Assembly: GCA_025355545.1 (NCBI GenBank)
Contig: JANXZN010000157.1
Span: forward strand, 1 to 58,166
DNA from: Rhizobacter sp.
GTDB taxonomy: Bacteria; Pseudomonadota; Gammaproteobacteria; Burkholderiales; Burkholderiaceae_C
Length of the DNA: 58,166 nucleotides
Direction: 5' to 3'
Shown here: in pieces, positions 21,267-33,266 of the stretch
Layout: each line of letters opens with the position of its first letter
Position numbering within the stretch: position 1 is the stretch's first letter
Position numbers and translations under genes: made by a program
Notes under the pieces: model-generated
Told to the model about the DNA's origin: nothing
Database searches by the model: none
The model's input: only the letters and a program-made list of their open reading frames with translations

Positions 21267-22522
21267 CCATGAGCCAGACGACTTCTCAAGGCCGCTTCCA
21301 GCGCCTGCGCGCGCGCGCCGCCGGCTGGGTGCTGAACAGCGGCCGCGGTGACGGCCCGCCCGACCTCGACGAGCTCTGGCGCGACTTCAACCGCAAGCTC
21401 AGTGGCCTGTTCGGCGGCAAGGGCGGAACGCCGCGCGGCAACGGGTCGGGCGACGACGGCGGCGGCGGCGGCCCGAATTTCCAGCCCGACATGAAGAGCG
21501 CCGGCGTCGGCGCCGGCTTGGTGGCCGGCATCGTCGCGCTGATCTGGCTGGGCAGCGGCATCTTCGTGGTCCAGGAGGGCCAGCAGGCCGTCGTTACCTC
21601 GTTCGGCAAGTTCACGAAGACCGTCGACGCGGGCCTGCAGTGGCGCATGCCGTACCCGTTCCAGGCCAACGAGATCGTCAACTACACGCAGCTGCGCACC
21701 GGCGAGGTCGGCCGCAACGCGGTCATCGCCGCGACCGGGTTGCGCGATTCGTCGATGCTGACGCAGGACGAAAACATCGTCGACATCCGCTTCACCGTGC
21801 AGTACCGGCTGAAGGATGCGCGGGCGTTCCTGTTCGAGAACCGCGACCCCGAGGCGGCGGTGACGCTCGCCGCCGAGTCGGCGGTGCGCGAGATCGTCGG
21901 CAAGAGCAAGATCGATTCGGTGCTCTACGAGCAGCGTGACGCGATCGCCACCGAACTCGCGAAGTCGGTGCAGGACCAGCTCGACCGCCTGAAGGCCGGC
22001 ATCGTCGTCGTCAACATCAACGTGCAAAGCGTGCAACCGCCCGAGCAGGTGCAGGCCGCGTTCGAGGACACGCTCAAGGCGGGCCAGGACGGCGACCGCC
22101 TGAAGAAGGAGGGCCTGGCCTACGCCAGCGATGTGATCCCGAAAGCGCAGGGCACGTCGGCGCGGCTGCGCGAAGAGGCCGAAGGCTACAAGTCGCGCGT
22201 GATCGCGCAGGCGCAGGGCGATGCGCAGCGTTTCAACAGCGTGCTGACCGAGTACCAGAAGGCGCCGGCGGTGACGCGCGACCGCATGTACATCGACACG
22301 ATGCAGCAGGTCTACACCAACGTCAGCAAGGTGATGATCGACACGCGCAACAACTCGAACCTGCTGTACCTGCCGCTGGACAAGCTGCTGCAACAAACCG
22401 GCGCGGCGGCGCCGTCGATCGGCGCGGCCGCGCCAGCGCCCGTCGAGGCCGCGCCGCCCGCCGCTTCGATCGACGCCCGCTCGCGCGACAACGCGCGCGG
22501 CCGCGATCGCGAGAGCCGCTGA
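21263..22522 (+). CDS. hflK: FtsH modulator HflK
   Basis: GPPDLDELWRDFNRKL, SPFH domain MLTQDENIV, LLYLPLDKL. Confidence 0.96.
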   Translation: MTMSQTTSQGRFQRLRARAAGWVLNSGRGDGPPDLDELWRDFNRKLSGLFGGKGGTPRGNGSGDDGGGGGPNFQPDMKSAGVGAGLVAGIVALIWLGSGIFVVQEGQQAVVTSFGKFTKTVDAGLQWRMPYPFQANEIVNYTQLRTGEVGRNAVIAATGLRDSSMLTQDENIVDIRFTVQYRLKDARAFLFENRDPEAAVTLAAESAVREIVGKSKIDSVLYEQRDAIATELAKSVQDQLDRLKAGIVVVNINVQSVQPPEQVQAAFEDTLKAGQDGDRLKKEGLAYASDVIPKAQGTSARLREEAEGYKSRVIAQAQGDAQRFNSVLTEYQKAPAVTRDRMYIDTMQQVYTNVSKVMIDTRNNSNLLYLPLDKLLQQTGAAAPSIGAAAPAPVEAAPPAASIDARSRDNARGRDRESR

Positions 22523-22542
22523 ATGCCCGGGAGTACAAGAAC

Positions 22543-23442
22543 ATGAATCGCATTGTCCTGATCGTCGGCGCGCTGTTGCTGGCACTGGTGCTGCTGAAGT
22601 CGACGCTGTTCGTGGTCGATCAGCGCGAGGTCGCCGTCATCTACGCGCTCGGCGAGATCAAGGAGGTGGTGCAGGAGCCGGGCCTGAAGTGGAAGCTGCC
22701 GCCGCCGTTCCAGAACGTGGTCTTCCTGGATCGCCGTATCCAGACCATGGACAGCCCCGAGAACCGCCCGATCTTCACCGCCGAGAAGAAGAGCCTGGTG
22801 ATCGACTGGCTCGTGAAATGGCGCATCACCGACCCGCGCCAGTTCATCCGCAACAACGGCTCCGACATGCGCGGTCTCGAGACCCGCCTGAGCCCGATCG
22901 TGCACGCCGCCTTCAACGAAGAGGTGACCAAGCGCACCGTCGGCGAGGTGCTGTCGACCGCGCGCGACAAGGTCATGCAGGACGTGCGCGGTCGCCTGGC
23001 CGACGAAGCCAAGTCGTTCGGCATCGAGATCCTGGATGTGCGCATCAAGCGCGTCGACTTCGTCGCCAACATCACCGATTCGATCTACAGCCGCATGGCC
23101 TCGGAGCGCAAGCAGGTGGCCAACCAGCTGCGCGCCACCGGCGGCGCCGAAGGCGAGAAGATCCGCGCCGACGCCGACCGCCAGCGCGAGGTGATCGTCG
23201 CCGAGGCCTACCGCGATGCGCAGAAGGTCAAGGGCGAGGGCGATGCCAAGGCTTCGGCGATCTTCGCCGATTCGTTCGGCCGCGACGCCCAGTTCGCCAA
23301 GTTCTACCGCAGCCTCGAGGCCTACCGGGCGAGCTTTCGCACCAAGAACGATGTGATGGTGGTCGACCCGGGCAGCGATTTCTTCCAGGCCATGCGCGGC
23401 TCCGGAGCGGCGCCCGTGGCTGCTCCTGCGAAGAAGAAGTAG
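22543..23442 (+). CDS. hflC: FtsH modulator HflC
   Basis: N-terminal TM, EPGLKWKLP, DVRIKRVD, RMASER, FYRSLEAY. Confidence 0.96.
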   Translation: MNRIVLIVGALLLALVLLKSTLFVVDQREVAVIYALGEIKEVVQEPGLKWKLPPPFQNVVFLDRRIQTMDSPENRPIFTAEKKSLVIDWLVKWRITDPRQFIRNNGSDMRGLETRLSPIVHAAFNEEVTKRTVGEVLSTARDKVMQDVRGRLADEAKSFGIEILDVRIKRVDFVANITDSIYSRMASERKQVANQLRATGGAEGEKIRADADRQREVIVAEAYRDAQKVKGEGDAKASAIFADSFGRDAQFAKFYRSLEAYRASFRTKNDVMVVDPGSDFFQAMRGSGAAPVAAPAKKK

Positions 23443-23445
23443 GCG

Positions 23446-23652
23446 GTGGCGTCCTCGCCGAGCCTGTGGGACCTGCTGGTCGGTGCGTTCGCGCTGATGC
23501 TGGTGGTCGAGGGGCTGCTGCCGTTCATCAGCCCGACGAAGTGGCGCGGCGTGTTCGAGCGCGCGATGCGCATGACCGACGGGCAGATTCGCTTCATCGG
23601 CCTGTCGAGCATGCTCGCCGGCCTGGCGATGCTGTACTTTTTCCTGTCTTGA
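23446..23652 (+). CDS. DUF2065 (YjeT-like) small membrane protein
   Basis: ALMLVVEGLLPFISP..WR...QIRFIGL; position after hflC. Confidence 0.88.
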   Translation: MASSPSLWDLLVGAFALMLVVEGLLPFISPTKWRGVFERAMRMTDGQIRFIGLSSMLAGLAMLYFFLS

Positions 23653-23653
23653 A

Positions 23654-23731
23654 ATGACAGCCCGCCGGCCACCGGATACGGTGGCCGAGCCCCCGCAGGT
23701 GTGCGGGCCGGCTTGGGGCGGCCCGGCGCTC
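23654..23731 (-). repeat. Intergenic structured repeat, copy C
   Basis: Minus strand reads GAGCGCCGGGCCGCCCCAAGCC...GGGCTGTCAT, matching both ends of copy B (GAGTGCCGGGCCGCCAAG...GGGTGCTCAT); perfect 9-bp stem at 23666-23687. Confidence 0.65.
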
Positions 23732-23774
23732 GGCCCGCGCAGCACGGCCCGAAAGTCTGCCGCGAATGCGCCGG

Positions 23775-23780
23775 TACAAT
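23775..23780 (+). promoter_or_regulatory. Candidate -10 box TACAAT for hisZ-purA
   Basis: GGTACAAT 28 nt upstream of the hisZ ATG. Confidence 0.5.
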
Positions 23781-23808
23781 GCCGTTCTTGACCCCCCGAC
23801 GTTTTCAC

Positions 23809-26383
<2,575 letters not shown>

Positions 26384-26455
26384 GCGCCGCTTCGTTATGC
26401 TGCTCACAGGCGCTCGATCCATCACCTCAACCGCACCGATCCTGAAGGGTTCTGC

Positions 26456-26977
26456 ATGCTGACCGACGACGGCAAACACCTGTACGTGAGTTGGGACGAA
26501 TACCACATGCTCATCGAACGGCTGGCACTGAAAATTGCCGGCTCGGGCTGGGCGTTCGACCAGATCCTGTGCCTGGCGCGCGGCGGCATGCGCCCGGGCG
26601 ACGTGATCTCGCGTGTGTTCGACACGCCGCTGGCGATCATGTCGACGAGTTCCTACCGCGCCGAGGCCGGCACGATCCAGGGGCGCCTCGATCTGGCGAA
26701 GTACATCACGATGCCCAAGGGCGAACTTGCCGGGCGCGTGCTGCTCGTCGACGACCTCTCGGATTCGGGCGTGACCTTGCGTGCGGTGGTGGATCGGCTG
26801 CGCAGCATGCCGTCGATCAGCGAGCTGCGCTCGGCGGTGATCTGGACCAAGGGCGTGTCGAGCTACACGCCCGACTACTACGTCGAACTGCTGCCCACGA
26901 GCCCGTGGATCCACCAGCCGTTCGAGGAATACGACGACATGCGGCCCGACGCGCTCGCGAAGAAGTTCGTAATTTGA
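26456..26977 (+). CDS. Type I phosphoribosyltransferase (purine salvage-like)
   Basis: PRPP-binding VLLVDDLSDSGVT, LARGG, WIHQPFE. Confidence 0.9.
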   Translation: MLTDDGKHLYVSWDEYHMLIERLALKIAGSGWAFDQILCLARGGMRPGDVISRVFDTPLAIMSTSSYRAEAGTIQGRLDLAKYITMPKGELAGRVLLVDDLSDSGVTLRAVVDRLRSMPSISELRSAVIWTKGVSSYTPDYYVELLPTSPWIHQPFEEYDDMRPDALAKKFVI

Positions 26978-27000
26978 GCCGCGCAGAAGAGCCGCCACAC

Positions 27001-27033
27001 AAAGCAAAAAGGCCAGCGCTTGCGTGCTGGCCT
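27001..27033 (-). terminator. Intrinsic terminator downstream of tRNA-Leu
   Basis: Minus strand AGGCCAGC-ACGCAAGC-GCTGGCCT followed by TTTTGCTTT. Confidence 0.8.
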
Positions 27034-27057
27034 CTCACTGATCTCTCTCACCCACGC

Positions 27058-27142
<85 letters not shown>

Positions 27143-27159
27143 ATTTCAGGAAGTCTTGG

Positions 27160-27169
27160 ACTATATCAT
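27160..27169. promoter_or_regulatory. Overlapping divergent -10 boxes: TGnTATAGT (-, tRNA) and TATCAT (+, rnr)
   Basis: ACTATATCAT in the AT-rich gap between tRNA-Leu and rnr. Confidence 0.55.
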
Positions 27170-27215
27170 CAAACCAAATACATTCAAGAATTCAACGCCC
27201 GTCGGCGCCGACCTG

Positions 27216-29450
27216 ATGGCCGAAGTCGAGGGCACGGTGCAAGGTCACCGCGACGGTCACGGCTTCGTCGTGCGCGACGACCGGCAGGCCGATCTCTACC
27301 TGTCGCAACAGGAAATGCGCGCGGTGCTGCACCGTGACCGCGTCAAGGCGCGCATCGTGCGCTACGACCGCAAGGGCCGGCCCGAAGGGCGCGTGCTCGA
27401 GATACTGGAACGCAAGAAGGCACCGATCATCGGGCGACTTTTGCACGAGAGCGGCGTCTGGCTAGTCGCGCCCGAAGACAAGCGCTACGGCCAGGACATC
27501 CTGATCCCGAAGAACGCGATCGCGAACGCGAGCGCGGGGCAGGTGGTCGCGATCGAACTGACCGAGTCGCCCTCGATGTACTCGCAGCCGGTGGGCCGCG
27601 TGACCGAGGTGCTCGGCGAGATCGACGACCCGGGCATGGAGATCGAGATCGCGGTGCGCAAGTACGAGGTGCCGCACCAGTTCTCGCCCGCGACGCTGGC
27701 GCAGGCCGCGAGCCTGCCCGACAAGATCCGCGCGATTGATCGCAAGGGCCGCATCGACCTGAGCGACGTGGCGCTGGTCACGATCGACGGCGAAGACGCG
27801 CGCGACTTCGACGACGCCGTGTATTGCGAGCCGGCCGTCATCGGCAAGGGCGTCGGCCGCGCCAAGGCGCCGAACGGCTGGCGCCTGATCGTCGCGATCG
27901 CCGACGTGAGCCACTACGTGAAGCCGGGCGAGCCGATCGATGCCGACGCCTACGAGCGTGCGACTTCGGTCTATTTCCCGCGCCGCGTGATCCCGATGCT
28001 GCCCGAGAAGCTCAGCAACGGCCTGTGCTCGCTGAACCCGTACGAGGATCGGCTCGCGATGGTCTGCGACATGCTGATCACGGCCGCCGGCGAGATCCAC
28101 GCATACCAGTTCTACCCGGCGATCATCTGCTCGCACGCGCGCTTCACCTACAACGAGGTCGCGGCGATCCTGGCGAACACGCGCGGCCCCGAGGCCGCGA
28201 AGCGCAAGGACCTGGTGCCCGACTTGCTGAACCTGCACGAGGTCTATCGTGCGCTGCTGAAGGAACGCAACAAGCGCGGCGCGATCGACTTCGAGACCAC
28301 CGAGACGCAGATCGTCTGCGACGAAAACGGCCGCATCGAGAAGATCGTGCCGCGCACGCGCACCGAGGCGCACAAGCTGATCGAAGAGGCGATGCTCGCG
28401 GCCAACGTCTGTTCCGCCGACTTCATCGAGCGCTCGAAACACCCGTCGCTGTACCGCGTGCATGAAGGGCCGACGCCCGAGAAGAAGACGCTGCTGCAGA
28501 ACTACCTGCGCGCGCTCGGCCTGGGCCTGTCGATCAGCGACGATCCGAAGCCGGGCGAGTTCCAGGCGATCGCGGCGGCGACCAAGGACCGGCCGGACGC
28601 GCTGCAGATTCACACGATGCTGCTGCGCTCGATGCAGCAGGCGATCTACACCGGCATCAACAGCGGCCACTTCGGCCTGGCCTACGAGGCCTACACGCAC
28701 TTCACGAGCCCGATCCGGCGCTATCCCGATCTGCTGGTGCATCGCGTGATCAAGGCGTTGCTGGGCGGCAAGCGCTACCACCTCGTGACCGGCGCGAGCA
28801 ACCCGGCGCCATCGAATCGCAAGTCGAGCAAGCCGGTGCGCACGGCAACCGCCGAAGAAGAGAAGTGGGAAGTGGCCGGCGTGCACTGCAGCGTCAACGA
28901 ACGCCGCGCCGACGAAGCCTCGCGCGACGTCGAGGCCTGGCTGAAGTGCCGCTACATGCGCGAACACCTCGGCGAGGAATACGGCGGCACCGTCAGTGCC
29001 GTGACGAGCTTCGGCCTGTTCGTGCAGCTCGACGGCCTGTACGTCGAGGGACTGGTGCACATCACCGAACTGGGTGGCGAGTACTACCGCTTCGACGAAG
29101 TGCGCCAGGAGTTGCGCGGCGAGCGCAGCGGCGTGCGTTACGTCGTCGGTTCGCGCGTGCGGGTGCAGGTCAGTCGCGTCGATCTCGACGGCCGCAAGAT
29201 CGACTTCCGCATGGTGCGCGAAGGCGAGGACGACGTCGGTCAGCTGCGTGCGCGGCGCGACAAGTTGGCCGCGGCCGCCGGTGAACTCGCCGCGGTGAAG
29301 GACACCGATCGCGCGGTCAAGGCGGCGACCAAGAAGAAGGCGCGCGCCGGTGCCGGCAGCGGCGCGGCGCACCCGGTGCGTGCCACCAAGTCGGCGGCAC
29401 GCAAGGCGGGCGGTCGCGCGGCCGCCGGCAAGTCGTCGCCGCGGCGCTGA
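27216..29450 (+). CDS. rnr: Ribonuclease R
   Basis: GHRDGHGF cold-shock domain, TIDGEDARDFDDAV, HFGLA, HFTSPIRRYPDL, S1 domain, basic tail; start 27216 preferred (TTG 27156 possible). Confidence 0.95.
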   Translation: MAEVEGTVQGHRDGHGFVVRDDRQADLYLSQQEMRAVLHRDRVKARIVRYDRKGRPEGRVLEILERKKAPIIGRLLHESGVWLVAPEDKRYGQDILIPKNAIANASAGQVVAIELTESPSMYSQPVGRVTEVLGEIDDPGMEIEIAVRKYEVPHQFSPATLAQAASLPDKIRAIDRKGRIDLSDVALVTIDGEDARDFDDAVYCEPAVIGKGVGRAKAPNGWRLIVAIADVSHYVKPGEPIDADAYERATSVYFPRRVIPMLPEKLSNGLCSLNPYEDRLAMVCDMLITAAGEIHAYQFYPAIICSHARFTYNEVAAILANTRGPEAAKRKDLVPDLLNLHEVYRALLKERNKRGAIDFETTETQIVCDENGRIEKIVPRTRTEAHKLIEEAMLAANVCSADFIERSKHPSLYRVHEGPTPEKKTLLQNYLRALGLGLSISDDPKPGEFQAIAAATKDRPDALQIHTMLLRSMQQAIYTGINSGHFGLAYEAYTHFTSPIRRYPDLLVHRVIKALLGGKRYHLVTGASNPAPSNRKSSKPVRTATAEEEKWEVAGVHCSVNERRADEASRDVEAWLKCRYMREHLGEEYGGTVSAVTSFGLFVQLDGLYVEGLVHITELGGEYYRFDEVRQELRGERSGVRYVVGSRVRVQVSRVDLDGRKIDFRMVREGEDDVGQLRARRDKLAAAAGELAAVKDTDRAVKAATKKKARAGAGSGAAHPVRATKSAARKAGGRAAAGKSSPRR

Positions 29451-29493
29451 TTTCAAAGGTTCAGCAACGACGTTCGCGGGAGAACACGGAAAA

Positions 29494-30402
29494 ATGACGA
29501 TTCGATTTGACGGCCGCGCGGCCATCGTGACCGGCGCCGGTGGCGGCCTGGGCCGGCAACATGCGCTGGCGCTGGCCGCGCGTGGCGCGAAAGTGGTGGT
29601 GAACGATCTGGGTGGCACGCTCGATGGCAACGGCGGCACACCGAAGGCCGCGCAGGCGGTCGTCGATGAGATCCGCGCGGCCGGCGGCGAGGCGATCGCG
29701 AGCGGCGCGTCGGTGACCGATGCGGCGGCCGTGCAGGCGATGGTCGACGAAACGATGCAGACCTGGGGTCGCGTCGACATCCTCGTCAACAACGCCGGCA
29801 TCCTGCGCGACAAGAGCTTCGCGAAGATGACGCTCGACGACTTCCGCCTCGTGATCGAGGTGCATCTGATGGGTGCGGTCAACTGCACGAAGGCGGTGTG
29901 GGACATCATGAAGGCTCAGAACTACGGCCGCATCGTGATGACGACCTCGTCGACCGGCCTGTACGGCAACTTCGGCCAGTCCAACTACGGCGCGGCGAAG
30001 GTGGCGCTGGTCGGGCTGATGCAGACACTCTCGATCGAAGGTGCGAAGAACGACATCCGCGTCAACTGCCTGGCGCCGACCGCGGCCACGCGCATGACCG
30101 AGAACCTGATGCCCGAGGCGGTGCTGAAGCTCTTGCAGCCCGAGGCGGTGACGCCGGGCTTGCTGGTGCTCGTCTCCGATGAAGCGCCGACGCGCACGAT
30201 CCTGTGCGCCGGCGCCGGCGCGTTCGAGCGCGCGCACATCACGCTGACGCCGGGCGTGTTCGTCGGCCTTCCCGACGACGCGGCCGAGCAGGTGGCGGCG
30301 GCCTTTGCCGCCCTGTCGGACCGGGACGGCGAGACCGTGCCCGAGAGCGGCAACGCGCAAGGCACGATCGAGATCGGCAAGGCGATGCGCGCGCTCGCCT
30401 GA
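29494..30402 (+). CDS. SDR-family oxidoreductase (MFE-2/3-hydroxyacyl-CoA dehydrogenase-like)
   Basis: TGAGGGLG, VVVNDLG, NNAGILRD, GNFGQSNYGAAK. Confidence 0.9.
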   Translation: MTIRFDGRAAIVTGAGGGLGRQHALALAARGAKVVVNDLGGTLDGNGGTPKAAQAVVDEIRAAGGEAIASGASVTDAAAVQAMVDETMQTWGRVDILVNNAGILRDKSFAKMTLDDFRLVIEVHLMGAVNCTKAVWDIMKAQNYGRIVMTTSSTGLYGNFGQSNYGAAKVALVGLMQTLSIEGAKNDIRVNCLAPTAATRMTENLMPEAVLKLLQPEAVTPGLLVLVSDEAPTRTILCAGAGAFERAHITLTPGVFVGLPDDAAEQVAAAFAALSDRDGETVPESGNAQGTIEIGKAMRALA

Positions 30403-30417
30403 GCGGCGCCTGTTGCT

Positions 30418-31911
30418 TCAGCGCTGCGCCAGTCGTTCGATCAGATCGCCGGCGCGCAGCGCGCCCGGCGGCGGCGGCTCCGCGGCCGCGCCGTGTTCCG
30501 CGACCGCCTGCCGGGCCACTGCGAACCCGGTTGCGGCATCGTCGCCGGCGCGTTGCGCCCAGCGCCCGGCGAGCCAGCCGGCCAGCACGTCGCCGGTGCC
30601 GGCGGTGGCCAGCGCGGCATTGCCGGTGCTGTTGATGCGCGGGACCGCGTTCGGGGCGGCAAGCACGCTGCCCGATCCCTTCAGCACGACGACGCAGGCG
30701 AAGCGGTTCGCGAGTTCGGCCGCTGCGCGCAGGCGATCGGCCTGCACCTGGTCGGTCGTGCAGGCCAGCAGCCGGGCGGCCTCCAGCGGATGCGGGGTCA
30801 GCACGCTGGCATGGCCGCGCGCGGCGCGCGCGCGCAGCAGCGTGGCCAGCGACGCGTCGGTGGCGAGTGCGTTCAGCGCATCGGCATCGAGCACGAGGCG
30901 GCGCGCCACGCTCAGCAGGCGCGGCAAGGGCGCACGCACCGCATCCGCACCGCCGCAGCCGCAGACGACCGTGGTGCGCGCGAGTGCTTCGCCCGAGGCA
31001 CGAACCCAGTCGTCGCGGAACATCAGCTCCGGGCGCAGCAGGTCGACGCGTGGTGCGCCCGGCGTGCGATCGAGCAGGTCGACGTAGACACGCCCGGCGC
31101 CGGCCGCATGCGCGGCGCGCGCCGCCAGCAGCGCGGCGCCGCCCATGCCGGGCGCGCCACCGACGATGGCGACATCGCCGAAGCTGCCCTTGTGCTGCGC
31201 ATGGCGCCGCGGCGCGGCGCGCGGCATGTCGATGCCCGACAGCCACGCGCAGGGCCCGGCGTCCGATGTGTCGACGTGCAGCGTGTCGAACCAGACCCGG
31301 CCCGCCTGATCGCGGCCGAGGCCGGTAAACATGCCGGGCTTGAGCGTCAGCAGCGCCAGCGTGTGCGACGCGCGCACGCAATCGGCGCCGAGCGCCTGGC
31401 CGGTGCCGGCGTGCAGACCCGAAGGCAGGTCGATCGCGAGCCGCAGGCCCTCGACCGCATTCAGGTGGCCGATGCACTCCGCGATCGGCCCGGCGGGGGC
31501 GCGACTGGCGCCGACGCCGAGCAGTGCGTCGATTGCCAGATCCGGTGGCTCGACCGGTTCTACGCTCGTCGCGATGCGCACGCCCGCGGCCCGCGCGCGC
31601 GCATAGGCGTCGGCCGCGTCGGCGGGCAGCGCCGCGGCGTCGCCGATCAGTGAGACCTCGATGGTCTTGCCGAAGCGCAGCAACTGGATCGCCGCTTCGA
31701 GCCCGTCGCCGCCGTTGTTGCCGGGGCCGGCGGCGATCCAGATGCGCTGCGCATGCGGCGCGAGCGCGAGCGCGAGGCGCGCGACCGATTCGCCCGCGCG
31801 ACGCATCAAGGTGTGTGGCGGCAGCGCTGCACTCGCACGCTGCTCGAGCGCGCGTGTCTGCGCGGCATCGAACAGCGGCAGATCGCGCGTCAGTGGCAGG
31901 ACAGGCTGCAT
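30418..31911 (-). CDS. nnr: Bifunctional NAD(P)H-hydrate epimerase/dehydratase (YjeF)
   Basis: GPGNNGGDG, IDALLGVG, DLPSG, HKGSFG, LDADALN, LTPHPLEAARL, AGTGDVLAG; start 31911 or GTG 31920. Confidence 0.93.
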   Translation of the reverse strand: MQPVLPLTRDLPLFDAAQTRALEQRASAALPPHTLMRRAGESVARLALALAPHAQRIWIAAGPGNNGGDGLEAAIQLLRFGKTIEVSLIGDAAALPADAADAYARARAAGVRIATSVEPVEPPDLAIDALLGVGASRAPAGPIAECIGHLNAVEGLRLAIDLPSGLHAGTGQALGADCVRASHTLALLTLKPGMFTGLGRDQAGRVWFDTLHVDTSDAGPCAWLSGIDMPRAAPRRHAQHKGSFGDVAIVGGAPGMGGAALLAARAAHAAGAGRVYVDLLDRTPGAPRVDLLRPELMFRDDWVRASGEALARTTVVCGCGGADAVRAPLPRLLSVARRLVLDADALNALATDASLATLLRARAARGHASVLTPHPLEAARLLACTTDQVQADRLRAAAELANRFACVVVLKGSGSVLAAPNAVPRINSTGNAALATAGTGDVLAGWLAGRWAQRAGDDAATGFAVARQAVAEHGAAAEPPPPGALRAGDLIERLAQR

Positions 31912-31916
31912 CGCGT

Positions 31917-33266
31917 TCACTCGCGCAAGCGCTCGACGCCGAACCCTTCGGCGTCGACGACCGGCGGCCGACCGGCCAGCGCATCGGCCAGCAGGCGCGC
32001 CGAACCGCACGACAGCGCCCAGCCGCTGGAGCCGTGGCCGAGGTTCAGCCACACGCCGGCGATGCCACTGGCGCCCAGCACCGGCGGGCCGTCGGGCAGC
32101 ATCGGGCGCGCGCCCTTCCAGACCTGCGCCTGGCCGAGGCGGGCGCTGCCGGGGAACCAGTCGTGCAGCACCTTGTACAGCGTGGCCAGCGCGCGCGGGT
32201 CGTGCCGATCCAGCGTGCCGCCGATCTCGGCACTGCCCGCCACGCGCACGCGCGCGCCGAGCCGGCTGATCGCGACCTTGTAGCGCTCGTCCATCAGGCC
32301 CGCGCGCGGGCCGTGGTCCGGATGGCCTTCGTGCTGACGCAGCGGGGCCGTGATCGAGTAGCCGTAGACCGCCTGCATCGGCAGCTTCAGGCCCAGCGGG
32401 CGCAGCAGCGCGTTCGACGCGAGCGCGGCACAGACCACGAGCGCGTCGAAGCCTTCGGTGACCGGGTGCAGTTCCATCGGTTGCGTGTCCTGCGCGTCCT
32501 GCGGCGCACTCTCGGCGCTCACGTTCAACAGCACGCTAGCCTCTTCGGGCGGCGCATAGACATGCACCAGTTGCGGCGCCGGCCCGGCGATGATCTTCTG
32601 CACCTGCGTGTGAAAACGAAAGCGCACGCCCAGGCGCTGCGCCTCGGCGCGCAGCAGCGCCGCGAACTGGCGGCAGTTGCCGACCTCGTCGTCGGGCAGG
32701 TAGATGCCGCCATGCAGTTCGGTTTCAGGGCTCAGGTCGGGTTCGACCGTGCGGCACTGCGCGGCATCGAACATCTCGAAACGCGTGCTCAGCTCGGCGA
32801 GCGAGGCCAGTCCGGGCTGCGCCAATGCGAGGTCTTTCGCGCTGCGCAACAGCACGAGGTAGCCGTCGCGGCGTTCGTAGTCGAGCTTGAGTTCGCGCGT
32901 CACCCGGTGCAGGCGCTCGCGGCTGAAGACCGCCAGACGCTGCATGCGCAGGCGATTGGTCTGGTAGCTGTGCAGTTGGCAGGCGCGCCACCAGCGCCAC
33001 ATCCAGGCGATGTCGCCGGCGTGCAGGTTCGGGTGGATGCGTACCGGCGCGTGCCGGCTGAGCAGGTGGCGCAGTACCTTGGCCGGCATGCCGGGCGCGG
33101 CCCACGGCGTCACGTAGCCGGGTGCGATGACGCCGGCATTCGCGAAGCTCGTCTCGGCGGCAACGCTGCCGCGGCGTTCGAACACCGTGACCTCGTGACC
33201 ATCGCTGGCGAGCTCGTAGGCCGTGGTCACGCCGATGATGCCGGCGCCGATGACGGCGACCTTCAT
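31917..33266 (-). CDS. D-amino acid dehydrogenase-like FAD oxidoreductase (DadA family)
   Basis: MKVAVIGAGIIG FAD motif, ETSFANAG, GYSIT, GARPMLPDG, NLGHGSSGW. Confidence 0.88.
   Translation of the reverse strand: MKVAVIGAGIIGVTTAYELASDGHEVTVFERRGSVAAETSFANAGVIAPGYVTPWAAPGMPAKVLRHLLSRHAPVRIHPNLHAGDIAWMWRWWRACQLHSYQTNRLRMQRLAVFSRERLHRVTRELKLDYERRDGYLVLLRSAKDLALAQPGLASLAELSTRFEMFDAAQCRTVEPDLSPETELHGGIYLPDDEVGNCRQFAALLRAEAQRLGVRFRFHTQVQKIIAGPAPQLVHVYAPPEEASVLLNVSAESAPQDAQDTQPMELHPVTEGFDALVVCAALASNALLRPLGLKLPMQAVYGYSITAPLRQHEGHPDHGPRAGLMDERYKVAISRLGARVRVAGSAEIGGTLDRHDPRALATLYKVLHDWFPGSARLGQAQVWKGARPMLPDGPPVLGASGIAGVWLNLGHGSSGWALSCGSARLLADALAGRPPVVDAEGFGVERLRE

Noticed and set aside
27462-29909. 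Very long antisense ORFs (also 24740..27007, 42797..44401, 50874..53204 and others)
   Set aside because: They mirror well-supported sense genes; high-GC codon bias depletes antisense stops, and they have no motifs
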